Source: Eubacteriales bacterium
GTDB lineage: Bacteria > Bacillota > Clostridia > Oscillospirales > CAG-272
Assembly (NCBI GenBank): GCA_045544735.1
Contig: JAZPZM010000077.1
Coordinates: 971 to 64,970, forward strand
Direction: 5' to 3'
DNA length: 64,000 nucleotides
Positions 16,252 to 25,337 of the stretch are shown here, one piece after another (the first letter of the stretch is position 1; every line of letters begins with the position of its first letter). Under the pieces are notes generated by a model. It was not told where the DNA came from and did no database searches. It saw nothing but the letters and a program-made list of their open reading frames with translations. A program made the position numbers and the translations under genes.

Positions 16252-16619
16252 TGGTGGAGGCGAGGGGAATCGAACCCCTGTCCGAAAATCTCTTGATACA
16301 GCTTTCTCCGGGTGCAGTCGGTTATTTAAAATTCCCCTCGTCAGACGAAAGCCGACATTCTTCCGATTTGGGTATCCTTTTTCTGCGTGACTGCCTCAAA
16401 GGATAAAGGGCAATGCACGTTCATCGCTACATGACGCCCAACATCGGGGCCGCGATACTCCCCGCGTGGACGGGTGACCTTACAAGGTCACGTCACAGCT
16501 TACGCTGCGTATGCAAGATTATTATCTGCGTTTAATTTTAAAGGTGAACCGTTTAAAGAGTTGCTCAGCTCTACCCGCTTACCATACCTCAAAATCCCCG
16601 TCGAAACCTTTACGCCCCC
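16252..16619 (-). ncRNA. ssrA: tmRNA (SsrA)
   Basis: On the - strand the 5' end is GGGGGCGTAAAGGTTTCGACGGGG and the 3' end is GGGGTTCGATTCCCCTCGCCTCCACCA. The tag reading frame GCAGATAATAATCTTGCATACGCAGCGTAA (16529-16500) encodes ADNNLAYAA*. Confidence 0.95.
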
Positions 16620-16643
16620 ATAGGGAATAGGGAAGAGGTGATA

Positions 16644-17114
16644 TCAATAATCGTATTTGTTCTTATGGAATCTCTCCACCTCGCGAGCGGTCTGCTTTTC
16701 GGCGGCTACGTCGCGCTTGTCGTAAAGCTTTTTACCGCGGCAAAGTCCGACTTCAACCTTTACGCGCGAGTCCTTAAAATACAAGGACAGCGGCACGAGC
16801 GTGTAGCCCTTTTGGGAAACCTGCGCGTGAAGCTTCAAAATTTCCTTGCGATGCATCAACAGCTTGCGCATACGAAGCGGATCACGATTAAAAATATTAC
16901 CTTTTTCATAAGGACTGACGTGCATTCCGATAACGAAAAGCTCGCCGTTCTTGATATCGCAATAGCTATCCTTAAGATTAACGGCACCGGCGCGAATGCT
17001 CTTGACCTCCGTGCCGCAAAGAGAAATTCCTGCCTCGTATCGCTCGTCAACGAAGTATTCGTGGAAAGCCTTGCGATTTGCCGCTATCTGTTTTGTTCCG
17101 CGTGCCTTGGGCAT
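16644..17114 (-). CDS. smpB: SsrA-binding protein SmpB
   Basis: 156 aa. [15 protein letters not shown]...GTEVKSIR...LLMHRKEI matches SmpB. It is adjacent to ssrA. Confidence 0.95.
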   Translation of the reverse strand: MPKARGTKQIAANRKAFHEYFVDERYEAGISLCGTEVKSIRAGAVNLKDSYCDIKNGELFVIGMHVSPYEKGNIFNRDPLRMRKLLMHRKEILKLHAQVSQKGYTLVPLSLYFKDSRVKVEVGLCRGKKLYDKRDVAAEKQTAREVERFHKNKYDY

Positions 17115-17155
17115 TTATCGATTCCTCCTTTGCCAAAGATTTGCGTTGCTTGATT

Positions 17156-17184
17156 ATTATACAACAAATGAAACTATAAATCAA
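17156..17184 (-). promoter_or_regulatory. smpB promoter (TTGATT - 17 - TATAAT)
   Basis: The - strand reads TTGATTtatagtttcatttgttgTATAAT, about 40 nt upstream of the smpB ATG. Confidence 0.6.
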
Positions 17185-17252
17185 GTATTGATTTATTTTT
17201 TATCAAAATAAAATAAACGGAGAAGCGCGTGCCGCCATTTTAAAATGGATAT

Positions 17253-17282
17253 AATTGCGCAAAATCAATATTTTGCGCAATT
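17253..17282. promoter_or_regulatory. Perfect 13-4-13 palindrome AATTGCGCAAAAT-caat-ATTTTGCGCAATT (possible operator)
   Basis: Read directly from the sequence. It overlaps a weak TATAAT at 17250-17255. Confidence 0.4.
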
Positions 17283-17988
17283 AAGGGAATAAGAAAAGCT
17301 GTTTTAAATCACTTTGAGCGATTTCAGCGTTCTTATTTATAGTATGGTTGTAAATGCACTAATTAGATGCTTGGTATGCATTCTTGCATCTAACGTATGT
17401 TCGCAGATGCAGATAAATGACAAAACGAGACTTGGACACGCTTTGCGACGCACAACAGCGCAAGCGTTTTTGGTGTCCGCGCCCCTTACGGCAACCTTAC
17501 AAGACGTATAACGAGCATTCGTGCGTTTTTTTCGCACAAGAATCGTTTTTTGCGATATTTTTGTTACCAATAGTTTTCTTTGGCAAATTTCGTGCCAAGC
17601 ATTTCCCGATAAAAATTTTGCCCACGGACTCTCCATCGTTTTAAGGAAAAATATCAAAAACAAAATCATCCCAAACGTTCATTTTAATTCGTTCGGTTCG
17701 TCCGCGCCCGTCTTAAATCCGCGATGCGCCCCTTGGCAGCAATCATCGGTTCTGCCGCTTGGCTTGCGCTAACTGCTCGTTTGTGTTGCCGTTACTTGTT
17801 ATTCAAGTAGCCACAATAAACGCACCCAATCCAACGCAGCCTTTTTCTCTATCAAATTCAGCTATCCGCAAACGTGGGCTTATATAAGTTATATTTAAGG
17901 AAAAAACAATTATTTTATGGATTTATAAGCCCTTTTGTTTGTTAAAATATTAACAAATGGAGCATTGTTCCCTATATTTTTTGCGTAA

Positions 17989-18669
17989 TTATTTCGTGCT
18001 GTACGGAATGATCGCGTCGATTTTTACATCGCCGTTTCTGTCGGTTATAATAAACATTTCGGGCTTTGCGCCGTCGCTTCCCACGTCGTTTCTGAACGTA
18101 CCGTTGTTTTCTCTTATCTTGTATTCAAGCCAAAATTCATAGCTTTGATAGGTATTGCCGTTTTCCTCGGTTGACGTCATGCGGATGTTCGTAATGCAAA
18201 TATCGTATATCTGCTGCATTGTAAACGCCTCTTTTACACCATACCCTGCGGCAAAATACGCATTTGAAAACATCTTGTTCATCGCGGTGTGATTGCCGTT
18301 TATAGCGTATCTGATATACTTACGAAGCAGCTCGACACCCGCCCTATAGTCCTGAGAGACATCCGCGGAATTTTCGTCATTCAAGCTGATCTTTTCATTT
18401 CTGCGCGTATCGTAAAAATACACGTTTCTGTCAAGCGCAAGATATCTTTCGTCTTCCATAACGTCCTTTTCCCAATCCGCCATATAGAAAAATATCGGTC
18501 GGCTGGGGGGCGTTTCGTCGGAATTGGCGTTTATTATCGCGGTTATCGCAAAATAAGCAACCACAAAAACGATTGATACCATAATAGCAATTATGATTAT
18601 GCGCTTTGAGCGTAATCTTTGTGCCGCGTAACGGTTGGTTTGATTCGTATTTCTTCCTTGTGAATTCAT
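17989..18669 (-). CDS. Hypothetical N-terminally membrane-anchored protein
   Basis: GAGGAAG lies 5 nt before ATG 18669. A single TM helix (IIIIAIMVSIVFVVAYFAITAII) is followed by a ~170-aa soluble domain. I recognise no family. Confidence 0.55.
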   Translation of the reverse strand: MNSQGRNTNQTNRYAAQRLRSKRIIIIAIMVSIVFVVAYFAITAIINANSDETPPSRPIFFYMADWEKDVMEDERYLALDRNVYFYDTRRNEKISLNDENSADVSQDYRAGVELLRKYIRYAINGNHTAMNKMFSNAYFAAGYGVKEAFTMQQIYDICITNIRMTSTEENGNTYQSYEFWLEYKIRENNGTFRNDVGSDGAKPEMFIITDRNGDVKIDAIIPYSTK

Positions 18670-18840
18670 TAAGTCTTCCTCGCGTTTCATTATATTTAAA
18701 CTATATCACAATTATTTGATATTTTCAATATATTTTTTTATTTTATTGTTGCATAATTGTAAAAGTAGACCTTGCTAAATTTAATAAAGTGTGATATAAT
18801 AGTATGAATTATTAATTTTTTCATCGTTTGGAGAAAAAAT

Positions 18841-20061
18841 ATGAAATACTTTATTCTTATTCCCGACGGCATGGCTGACGAAGCCATCTCCGTTCTTAAC
18901 GGTTTAACTCCTATGGAGGCGGCTGATAAGCCTACTACCGATCTCCTTGCCAAGCGTGCAGAGATAGGAATTGTACAAAACGTTCCCGCGGGCATGGTTC
19001 CCGAATCGGATACCGCAAATATGGCGATAATGTCATTTGACCCGAAGGTTTATTCCAAGGGCAGATCGCCACTTGAAGCTGTAAGCATGGGCATAGATAT
19101 GTCGGACGATGACGTTGCGATACGATGCAACACCGTCACGCTTTCGGATGCCGAGCGTTACGAAGACAGAATTATGCTTGATAACAGCGCGGGCGAGATA
19201 AGCACCGAGGAATCGGCGCAGCTTATGGAGGCGCTCAATCAGCATTTTGCCAACGCAGAGCGTAGATTTTACACGGGTGTTTCGTACAGACATTGTCTGA
19301 TCTGGAAAAACGCTTACGATAAATACGATTTTGCACGTCCGCACGATATAGTGGGACAGCCCATCGGAAATTACATCCCCGCGGGTGAATACGGTGAGCC
19401 CTTCCGAAAGATGATGGAGGAAAGCATCCGCGTTCTTGAAAATCACCCCGTAAATATTGAAAGAGTCAAAAAGGGACTCAAGCCCGCCAACGCTATTTGG
19501 TTCTGGAGCCCCGGAAAGCGTCCCGCTCTTCCCTCCTTTAAGGAAAAGTTCGGACTTAACGCCGCCGTCGTTTCAGCGGTCGATCTTATCAAAGGCATCG
19601 GATATTGCGCGGGAATGCGCGTAATAAACGTTGAGGGGGCTACGGGCAACCTTCACACCAATTATTCGGGCAAGGCGCAAGCGGTAATTAACGCCTTCAA
19701 GTCGGGCGAGGATTGGGTATACTGTCACGTTGAAGCGCCCGACGAGTGTGGGCACCAGCGCGATCCTATGGGAAAGGTCAAGTCTATCGAAAACATAGAT
19801 AAAATGATATTGAATCCCGTTTACGAATACCTCCAAAGCACCAACGAGGACTTTGGAATAATGGTTCTACCTGACCATCCGACGTTTATCCGCACGGGCA
19901 CGCACGCGCCCGATCCCGTCCCTTATATGATATATTCCTCAAAAATCGCGAAGGACGGCGCATCCCCCTTTACGGAAAAGAATGCCGCAGCTACGGGAAT
20001 TTTCATTGCTGACGGCTCGACTTTGATGCAAAGATTTTTTAATATTTGTAACGAAAGGTAA
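18841..20061 (+). CDS. Cofactor-independent phosphoglycerate mutase family protein (ApgM-type)
   Basis: 406 aa. N-terminus MKYFILIPDGMADE and the metal-site region HVEAPDECGH are typical of the ApgM/alkaline-phosphatase-superfamily branch. Confidence 0.8.
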   Translation: MKYFILIPDGMADEAISVLNGLTPMEAADKPTTDLLAKRAEIGIVQNVPAGMVPESDTANMAIMSFDPKVYSKGRSPLEAVSMGIDMSDDDVAIRCNTVTLSDAERYEDRIMLDNSAGEISTEESAQLMEALNQHFANAERRFYTGVSYRHCLIWKNAYDKYDFARPHDIVGQPIGNYIPAGEYGEPFRKMMEESIRVLENHPVNIERVKKGLKPANAIWFWSPGKRPALPSFKEKFGLNAAVVSAVDLIKGIGYCAGMRVINVEGATGNLHTNYSGKAQAVINAFKSGEDWVYCHVEAPDECGHQRDPMGKVKSIENIDKMILNPVYEYLQSTNEDFGIMVLPDHPTFIRTGTHAPDPVPYMIYSSKIAKDGASPFTEKNAAATGIFIADGSTLMQRFFNICNER

Positions 20062-20064
20062 AAA

Positions 20065-20694
20065 ATGAATCCTAATATTTCAAACGAGTACGAAGAACCC
20101 GTTGCTTCCCCGAATGGTGAGGGTACTCCTGAAAAAAAGAATCGCGTTTTATCCGAGGTTTTCGATCAGATTGAAACCTTCCTTATAGCGATATGCTTCG
20201 TATTTCTTATGTTCAGTCTTGCGACACGCATATGCACAGTAGACGGCCGCTCTATGGAGGACACGCTTTATCACGAAGAGGTATTGCTCGTTTCCGACGT
20301 GCTTTACACCCCCACACGCGGCGATATAATCGTTTTTCACCAGACGGGATCGTATAACGAGCCCATCGTAAAAAGAATCATTGCCACGGGCGGCGAATGG
20401 GTGGATATCAAGCCCGAAAACAATAAGCTCGTTATCACCGTATACGACGAAAACAAGGAAAATCCCATAGTGTTAAACGAGGATTACGCGGCGTATAAGG
20501 ATTATTTCGTATCCAACAGCGACCACAAATATCCCGTCCAAGTTCCCGAAGGAAAGCTCTTCGTGCTTGGAGATAACAGAAATCACTCGTCAGACAGCCG
20601 TTTCAGACCAATATCGTTCGTTGACGAGCGCAGAGTGCTTGGAAAGGTCATTTTGCGAGTATCTCCGTTTGATAAATTCGGGAGCGTAAACTAA
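20065..20694 (+). CDS. lepB: Signal peptidase I
   Basis: Catalytic-Ser box DGRSMEDTL, then VKRIIATGGEW and GDNRNHSSDSR. Confidence 0.9.
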   Translation: MNPNISNEYEEPVASPNGEGTPEKKNRVLSEVFDQIETFLIAICFVFLMFSLATRICTVDGRSMEDTLYHEEVLLVSDVLYTPTRGDIIVFHQTGSYNEPIVKRIIATGGEWVDIKPENNKLVITVYDENKENPIVLNEDYAAYKDYFVSNSDHKYPVQVPEGKLFVLGDNRNHSSDSRFRPISFVDERRVLGKVILRVSPFDKFGSVN

Positions 20695-20710
20695 AAGATT
20701 GGAGGCAATT

Positions 20711-21583
20711 ATGCCATCACAGATAATACAGTGGTTTCCGGGGCATATGGCAAAAACACGCCGCCTTATTTCCGATAACCTGAAAAACGTTGACGCGGTT
20801 ATTGAAATGCGCGACGCGAGAATACCTACAAGCTCAAAGAATCCCGAAATCGAGCGGCTTATTAACGGAAAACCGAGAATAATACTGCTTAACAAAGCGT
20901 CTCTTGCAGACGAGGAGCAATCGAAATATTGGATAAATAAGCTTAACGATAAAAGCACCGTCTGTATTTTAACCGATTGTACAAGCGGACAAGGGATTAA
21001 CAGAATAGCCGCAGAGATACAAAAGCTGTGCGCAGAAAAGCTTGACCGCTACGCTGAAAAAGGTATGTCGGGCAGACGCTTGCGCGCAATGGTGCTTGGA
21101 ATCCCAAACGTTGGAAAATCCTCGCTTATAAACAAGCTTTCGGGCAGTAAAAAGGCGAAAGTCGAGGATCGCCCCGGAGTTACCCGCGATAAGCAATGGG
21201 TGGCAACCTCGGTAGGCATTGATCTGCTTGATATGCCCGGTGTGCTTTGGCCGAAGTTTGACGACGTGGAGGTTGGCGAAAACCTTGCAGTTACGGGTGC
21301 TATCAAGGATGATATACTCGATACCGCAGAAATTTCAATTATGCTTCTTCGAAAGCTCGTGCGCCTCTACCCCGATATGCTTTGCGCAAGATACAAGCTC
21401 GGTACACCTGCGGATATAGAAGATCTTCAGATGTTTGAGTTGTTCGAGCTTATCGGCAGAAAGCGCGGATTCCTCGTTCGCGGCGGAGAGATAGACCCCG
21501 ACAGAACGGCGTCCGTCATTCTTGATGAATTCCGCGAGGGCATCATCGGGCGCATAACTCTTGATCGCGCGGAGGCACAATAA
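20711..21583 (+). CDS. rbgA: Ribosome biogenesis GTPase A (YlqF/RbgA)
   Basis: QWFPGHMAK, then the circularly permuted GTPase motifs LLNKASLAD and GIPNVGKSSLIN. GGAGG at 20700-20704. Confidence 0.9.
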   Translation: MPSQIIQWFPGHMAKTRRLISDNLKNVDAVIEMRDARIPTSSKNPEIERLINGKPRIILLNKASLADEEQSKYWINKLNDKSTVCILTDCTSGQGINRIAAEIQKLCAEKLDRYAEKGMSGRRLRAMVLGIPNVGKSSLINKLSGSKKAKVEDRPGVTRDKQWVATSVGIDLLDMPGVLWPKFDDVEVGENLAVTGAIKDDILDTAEISIMLLRKLVRLYPDMLCARYKLGTPADIEDLQMFELFELIGRKRGFLVRGGEIDPDRTASVILDEFREGIIGRITLDRAEAQ

Positions 21584-22215
21584 TGGCAAGAGCTAAAAAA
21601 ACGGCAGAGCCGCTTGAATTCACTATCGAAAACGAAGCCGTAGCAAACGGATATACGCGAGTCTGCGGCATTGATGAGGCAGGGCGCGGTCCGCTTTGCG
21701 GACCCGTGGTCGCCGCCGCGTGCGTTCTTCCTCTTGGAGTAGAGATCGAAGGACTTAACGATTCCAAAAAGCTCAACGAGCGCGCAAGAGAGTTGCTTTT
21801 TGATAAAATAACGAGCGTTGCGCTTGATTATTCCATTGCTTCGGCAAGCGTTGCGGAGATCGACGAGATGAATATCCTCGAAGCTACGCTCCTCGCTATG
21901 CGCAGAGCCGTAGCGGGACTTAAAGAGCCCCCCGATTATCTACTTGTAGATGGCAACGTTTTCAGAGGTTTTGACACCGATGGGCGTTTCGTAATAGGCG
22001 GGGATGCAAAATCTCCATCCATTGCCGCCGCATCCATTCTTGCAAAGGTAACGCGTGATAGGCTATGTGACGAGCTTGACGAGCTTTATCCGCAATACGG
22101 CATAGCCGCGCACAAGGGCTACGGAACCAAGGCACATATCGCGGCGTTGCGGGAATATGGACCCGCGGATATACACAGAAAAAAATTCATACGTTTTTTG
22201 GAAAATGATTCTTGA
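21583..22215 (+). CDS. rnhB: Ribonuclease HII
   Basis: GIDEAGRGPLCGPVVAAA and LNDSKKL motifs. 210 aa. Confidence 0.92.
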   Translation: MARAKKTAEPLEFTIENEAVANGYTRVCGIDEAGRGPLCGPVVAAACVLPLGVEIEGLNDSKKLNERARELLFDKITSVALDYSIASASVAEIDEMNILEATLLAMRRAVAGLKEPPDYLLVDGNVFRGFDTDGRFVIGGDAKSPSIAAASILAKVTRDRLCDELDELYPQYGIAAHKGYGTKAHIAALREYGPADIHRKKFIRFLENDS

Positions 22216-22699
22216 TTTTTTCAAAAGGAAAAAGAAGCCCGTGACTTCTCCCCCACCCGACCCTCACGCGAGAATACACCCAAATCAGCTTGGCGACGTG
22301 GGGCAATACGGCGAGGACAAGGCGGCGGAGTATTTATTCCTGCACGGATACAAGATAATTGAAAGAAACATAAAATACGGAAAGCTTGAGATAGATATAA
22401 TTGCGGAAAACGAAAGATATCTCGTTTTTGCCGAGGTCAAGACCAGAACCTTTTATTCCGACGACAACAAGTACGGTCCGCCGTCTGCCGCGGTCAATGC
22501 AAAAAAGAAGAACAACGTAAGAAGTGCCGCAAGAGCTTATCTTAATGAGCGCGGATATGACAAAAAACCACGGCTTGATATAATCGAAGTCTACCTTAAT
22601 AAAAGCCCCGATGGGTATTCTTTGAAATCTATAAACCACATCGAGGGCGCGTTTGGCGGACAGATATTTCCGTCGCAACCGCGAAACTACAGAAAATAA
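22205..22699 (+). CDS. YraN family endonuclease (UPF0102)
   Basis: GEDKAAEYLFLHGYKIIERNIKYGKLEIDIIAEN...VFAEVKTR is typical of the family. Start chosen at ATG 22205, which overlaps the rnhB end. Confidence 0.8.
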   Translation: MILDFFKRKKKPVTSPPPDPHARIHPNQLGDVGQYGEDKAAEYLFLHGYKIIERNIKYGKLEIDIIAENERYLVFAEVKTRTFYSDDNKYGPPSAAVNAKKKNNVRSAARAYLNERGYDKKPRLDIIEVYLNKSPDGYSLKSINHIEGAFGGQIFPSQPRNYRK

Positions 22700-22727
22700 A
22701 ATTTTATATATTTATATGGAGAAAACC

Positions 22728-24209
22728 ATGAAATTCATCAGCACCAGAAGCACGAAGGATGATATGCCGATAAGTTCGGCTATGGCTATCAAGCAGGGAC
22801 TTGCGCCCGACGGCGGACTTTACGTTCCCGAATGCATCCCCGTCGTTGACCAGAGCTTTATCTCCTCTCTCATTGACAAGGAATACTCCGAAAGAGCGTT
22901 TGACATCCTCTCGCTTTTCCTTGACGATTATTCCGCCGACGAGTTAAGAGAATACTGCAACGCCGCATACTGCGAGAAATCCTTCCCCGGAGGAGCCGCT
23001 CCCCTCGTACACGTAAACGAAAACATTTACTCCCTTGAGCTTTGGCACGGTCCTACGTCCGCGTTTAAGGATATGGCACTTCAAATAATGCCCCGTCTGC
23101 TTTCGGGCGCGCTCAAGAAAACGGGCGAGACACGCACGGCACTCATTCTTACCGCCACGTCGGGCGACACGGGCAAGGCGGCGCTTGAGGGACACAAGGA
23201 CGTTCCCGGCGTAAAGATAAAGGTCTTTTATCCCGTGGACGGCGTAAGCCGCGTTCAGAAGCTCCAGATGATAACCCAAACGGGCAGTAACGTTGACGTT
23301 TGCGCTATCCGCGGAAACTTCGATAACGCACAGACGGGCGTCAAGCGCATATTCTCTGACCCGGAAGCCGCTGAAAAGCTCAATGAGATGGGATATTTCC
23401 TCTCAAGCGCGAACTCGATAAACTGGGGCAGACTTTCACCCCAGATAGTTTACTATTTTTCGGGCTATTGCGATCTTGTTAAGATGGGCAAGATCAAGGT
23501 TGGAGACGAAATTAACGTTTGCGTACCCACGGGTAACTTCGGCAACATTTTTGCCGCTTATCTTGCTAAACGTATGGGACTTCCCATCAAAAAGCTGATA
23601 TGCGCGTCGAATTCCAACAACGTCCTGACCGACTTCATTGCAGACGGCAAATACGACAGAAACCGCAAGTTCTACACTACCGCATCTCCTTCGATGGATA
23701 TACTCATTTCAAGTAACCTTGAACGTCTTTTGTACTTCTGCGCAGGAAGCGACAAAACGCGCGAGTATATGAAGGAGCTTAACGAAAACGGCGAATATCA
23801 GGTAGATGCCGACATTCTCGCGAAGATTCGCGAGAACTTCTGCGGCTATTTTGCAGATGAAAGCGCAACTGCCGCAACCCTTCGCAAGTTCTACGATAAT
23901 TACGGATATCTTTGCGACACTCATACCGCCGTTGGCTTTAATTGCGCCGAGCAGTATATCGAGGAAACCGGTGATGCGCTCCCCATCATCACGGCATCCA
24001 CCGCAAGCCCCTACAAGTTCGCAGGAAGCGTTTATCAAGCGCTTACAGACTGCAAGGCGGCTGACGGCTACGCCGCTCTTGAGGAGCTGTCAACGCTTAC
24101 GGGCGTTGCGATCCCTGCGCCCCTTGCAGGACTTGATTCCCGCAAGATCCGCTTTGAGCGCGTTTGCGATCCCGAAGATATGCTTAACGACGTTTTTGAG
24201 AATCTGTAA
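22728..24209 (+). CDS. thrC: Threonine synthase
   Basis: MKFISTRS..., the PLP-lysine region PTSAFKDMALQ, and SGDTGKAALEG. GGAG lies 6 nt before ATG 22728. Confidence 0.9.
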   Translation: MKFISTRSTKDDMPISSAMAIKQGLAPDGGLYVPECIPVVDQSFISSLIDKEYSERAFDILSLFLDDYSADELREYCNAAYCEKSFPGGAAPLVHVNENIYSLELWHGPTSAFKDMALQIMPRLLSGALKKTGETRTALILTATSGDTGKAALEGHKDVPGVKIKVFYPVDGVSRVQKLQMITQTGSNVDVCAIRGNFDNAQTGVKRIFSDPEAAEKLNEMGYFLSSANSINWGRLSPQIVYYFSGYCDLVKMGKIKVGDEINVCVPTGNFGNIFAAYLAKRMGLPIKKLICASNSNNVLTDFIADGKYDRNRKFYTTASPSMDILISSNLERLLYFCAGSDKTREYMKELNENGEYQVDADILAKIRENFCGYFADESATAATLRKFYDNYGYLCDTHTAVGFNCAEQYIEETGDALPIITASTASPYKFAGSVYQALTDCKAADGYAALEELSTLTGVAIPAPLAGLDSRKIRFERVCDPEDMLNDVFENL

Positions 24210-24214
24210 AATCA

Positions 24215-24246
24215 AAAAGGGTTGTCGCATTGCGACAACCCCTTAA
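24215..24246 (-). terminator. Hairpin terminator between convergent thrC and the DUF1540 gene
   Basis: Stem GGGTTGTCGC/GCGACAACCC. The T-run (TTTTTGATTTT) is on the - strand. Confidence 0.7.
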
Positions 24247-24252
24247 GGATGT

Positions 24253-24456
24253 TTAGTCCGCCTTGGGCTTGAAGGTAACGCAAGCGGTATCGCCGCTGTG
24301 CTGAGCGTTAGAAGGACCAACGAGGATCTCCTTTGCGGTGCAATGGGTATCACAATCGTGATACTTGCAATTCTTAACGTCGCAAACGATGCCCTTAATG
24401 TGCTCGCCGCTGCACGCCATTCCCGCAGAATTCTTTTCAGTACTGCAATCTCTCAT
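24253..24456 (-). CDS. DUF1540 domain protein
   Basis: 67 aa. VCDVKNCKYHDCDTHCTAKEILVG...TACVTF is the Cys/His pattern of DUF1540. Confidence 0.75.
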   Translation of the reverse strand: MRDCSTEKNSAGMACSGEHIKGIVCDVKNCKYHDCDTHCTAKEILVGPSNAQHSGDTACVTFKPKAD

Positions 24457-24543
24457 AATTCAAAATCTCCTTTCAAGTGATTTCAATATAATTATGTCAC
24501 TTGTTGCGCCCGTATATTCAATCGAAATATTTGAGGTGAAAAT

Positions 24544-25284
24544 ATGTCATTGTTCGTTATAGCCGACCTTCATCTTCCCGGCGCGGAGGGTGAGCGAAAA
24601 TCCATGTCCTGCTTTGGCAGACGTTGGATAGACTCCGAGGAAAAGCTGATAAAAAATTGGGATGCCATTATCACCGAGGCTGATTCGGTGGTTATACCCG
24701 GAGATATTTCGTGGGCTATGACGCTTGAAGAAGCCAAGGCGGATTTTGAACTGATAAACTCCCTTCCGGGTACGAAATACATCGGAAAGGGAAATCACGA
24801 CTTTTGGTGGACCACCGCATCAAAGATCACGGCGTTTTTTAAGGAAAACGGCATTTCCACCATAAAGCTTTTATACAATAATTCCTATCTGTTGCCCGAG
24901 GGTGTTATATGCGGTACGCGCGGTTGGTTCCCCGACGAGGCAAATCAAAAGACCGTCGGTGAGGTCGATTGGAAAAAGATAGTAAATCGAGAAGCGGCAA
25001 GGCTTGAAATAAGCATTGAGTCAGGGAAGGATTTTCCCGACGATGCGGAAAGAATAGTTTTTTTGCACTTCCCTCCCGTTTGGAGCTCAATAGTCTGCGA
25101 GGACATTATAAGCGTTTTAAAGAAGCATTCAATAAAGCGTTGCTATTACGGACACATCCACGGTATATACACTTGCCCGCCCTCATTTGAGTACGAAGGC
25201 ATCGTTTTTGAGATGATTTCTGCCGATTATCTTGATTTCATCCCGAAAAAAATAGCAAATTCCCCCAAATCTCTTGACAGATAA
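24544..25284 (+). CDS. Metallophosphoesterase family protein
   Basis: Motifs VIADLHL, PGDISW, GNHDFWW and YGHIHG. Confidence 0.8.
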   Translation: MSLFVIADLHLPGAEGERKSMSCFGRRWIDSEEKLIKNWDAIITEADSVVIPGDISWAMTLEEAKADFELINSLPGTKYIGKGNHDFWWTTASKITAFFKENGISTIKLLYNNSYLLPEGVICGTRGWFPDEANQKTVGEVDWKKIVNREAARLEISIESGKDFPDDAERIVFLHFPPVWSSIVCEDIISVLKKHSIKRCYYGHIHGIYTCPPSFEYEGIVFEMISADYLDFIPKKIANSPKSLDR

Positions 25285-25337
25285 AAAATTTATAGTAAAA
25301 TATATAAGAATGTATGAAATTTGAAAGGACTAAAAAA

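Noticed and set aside
17337-17669. 110-aa - strand ORF and several 60-85-aa + strand ORFs in the smpB-upstream gap as real genes or RNase R remnants.
   Set aside because: There is no RBS, and several have non-ATG starts. The translations are low-complexity and show no resemblance to RNase R or any family I recognise.
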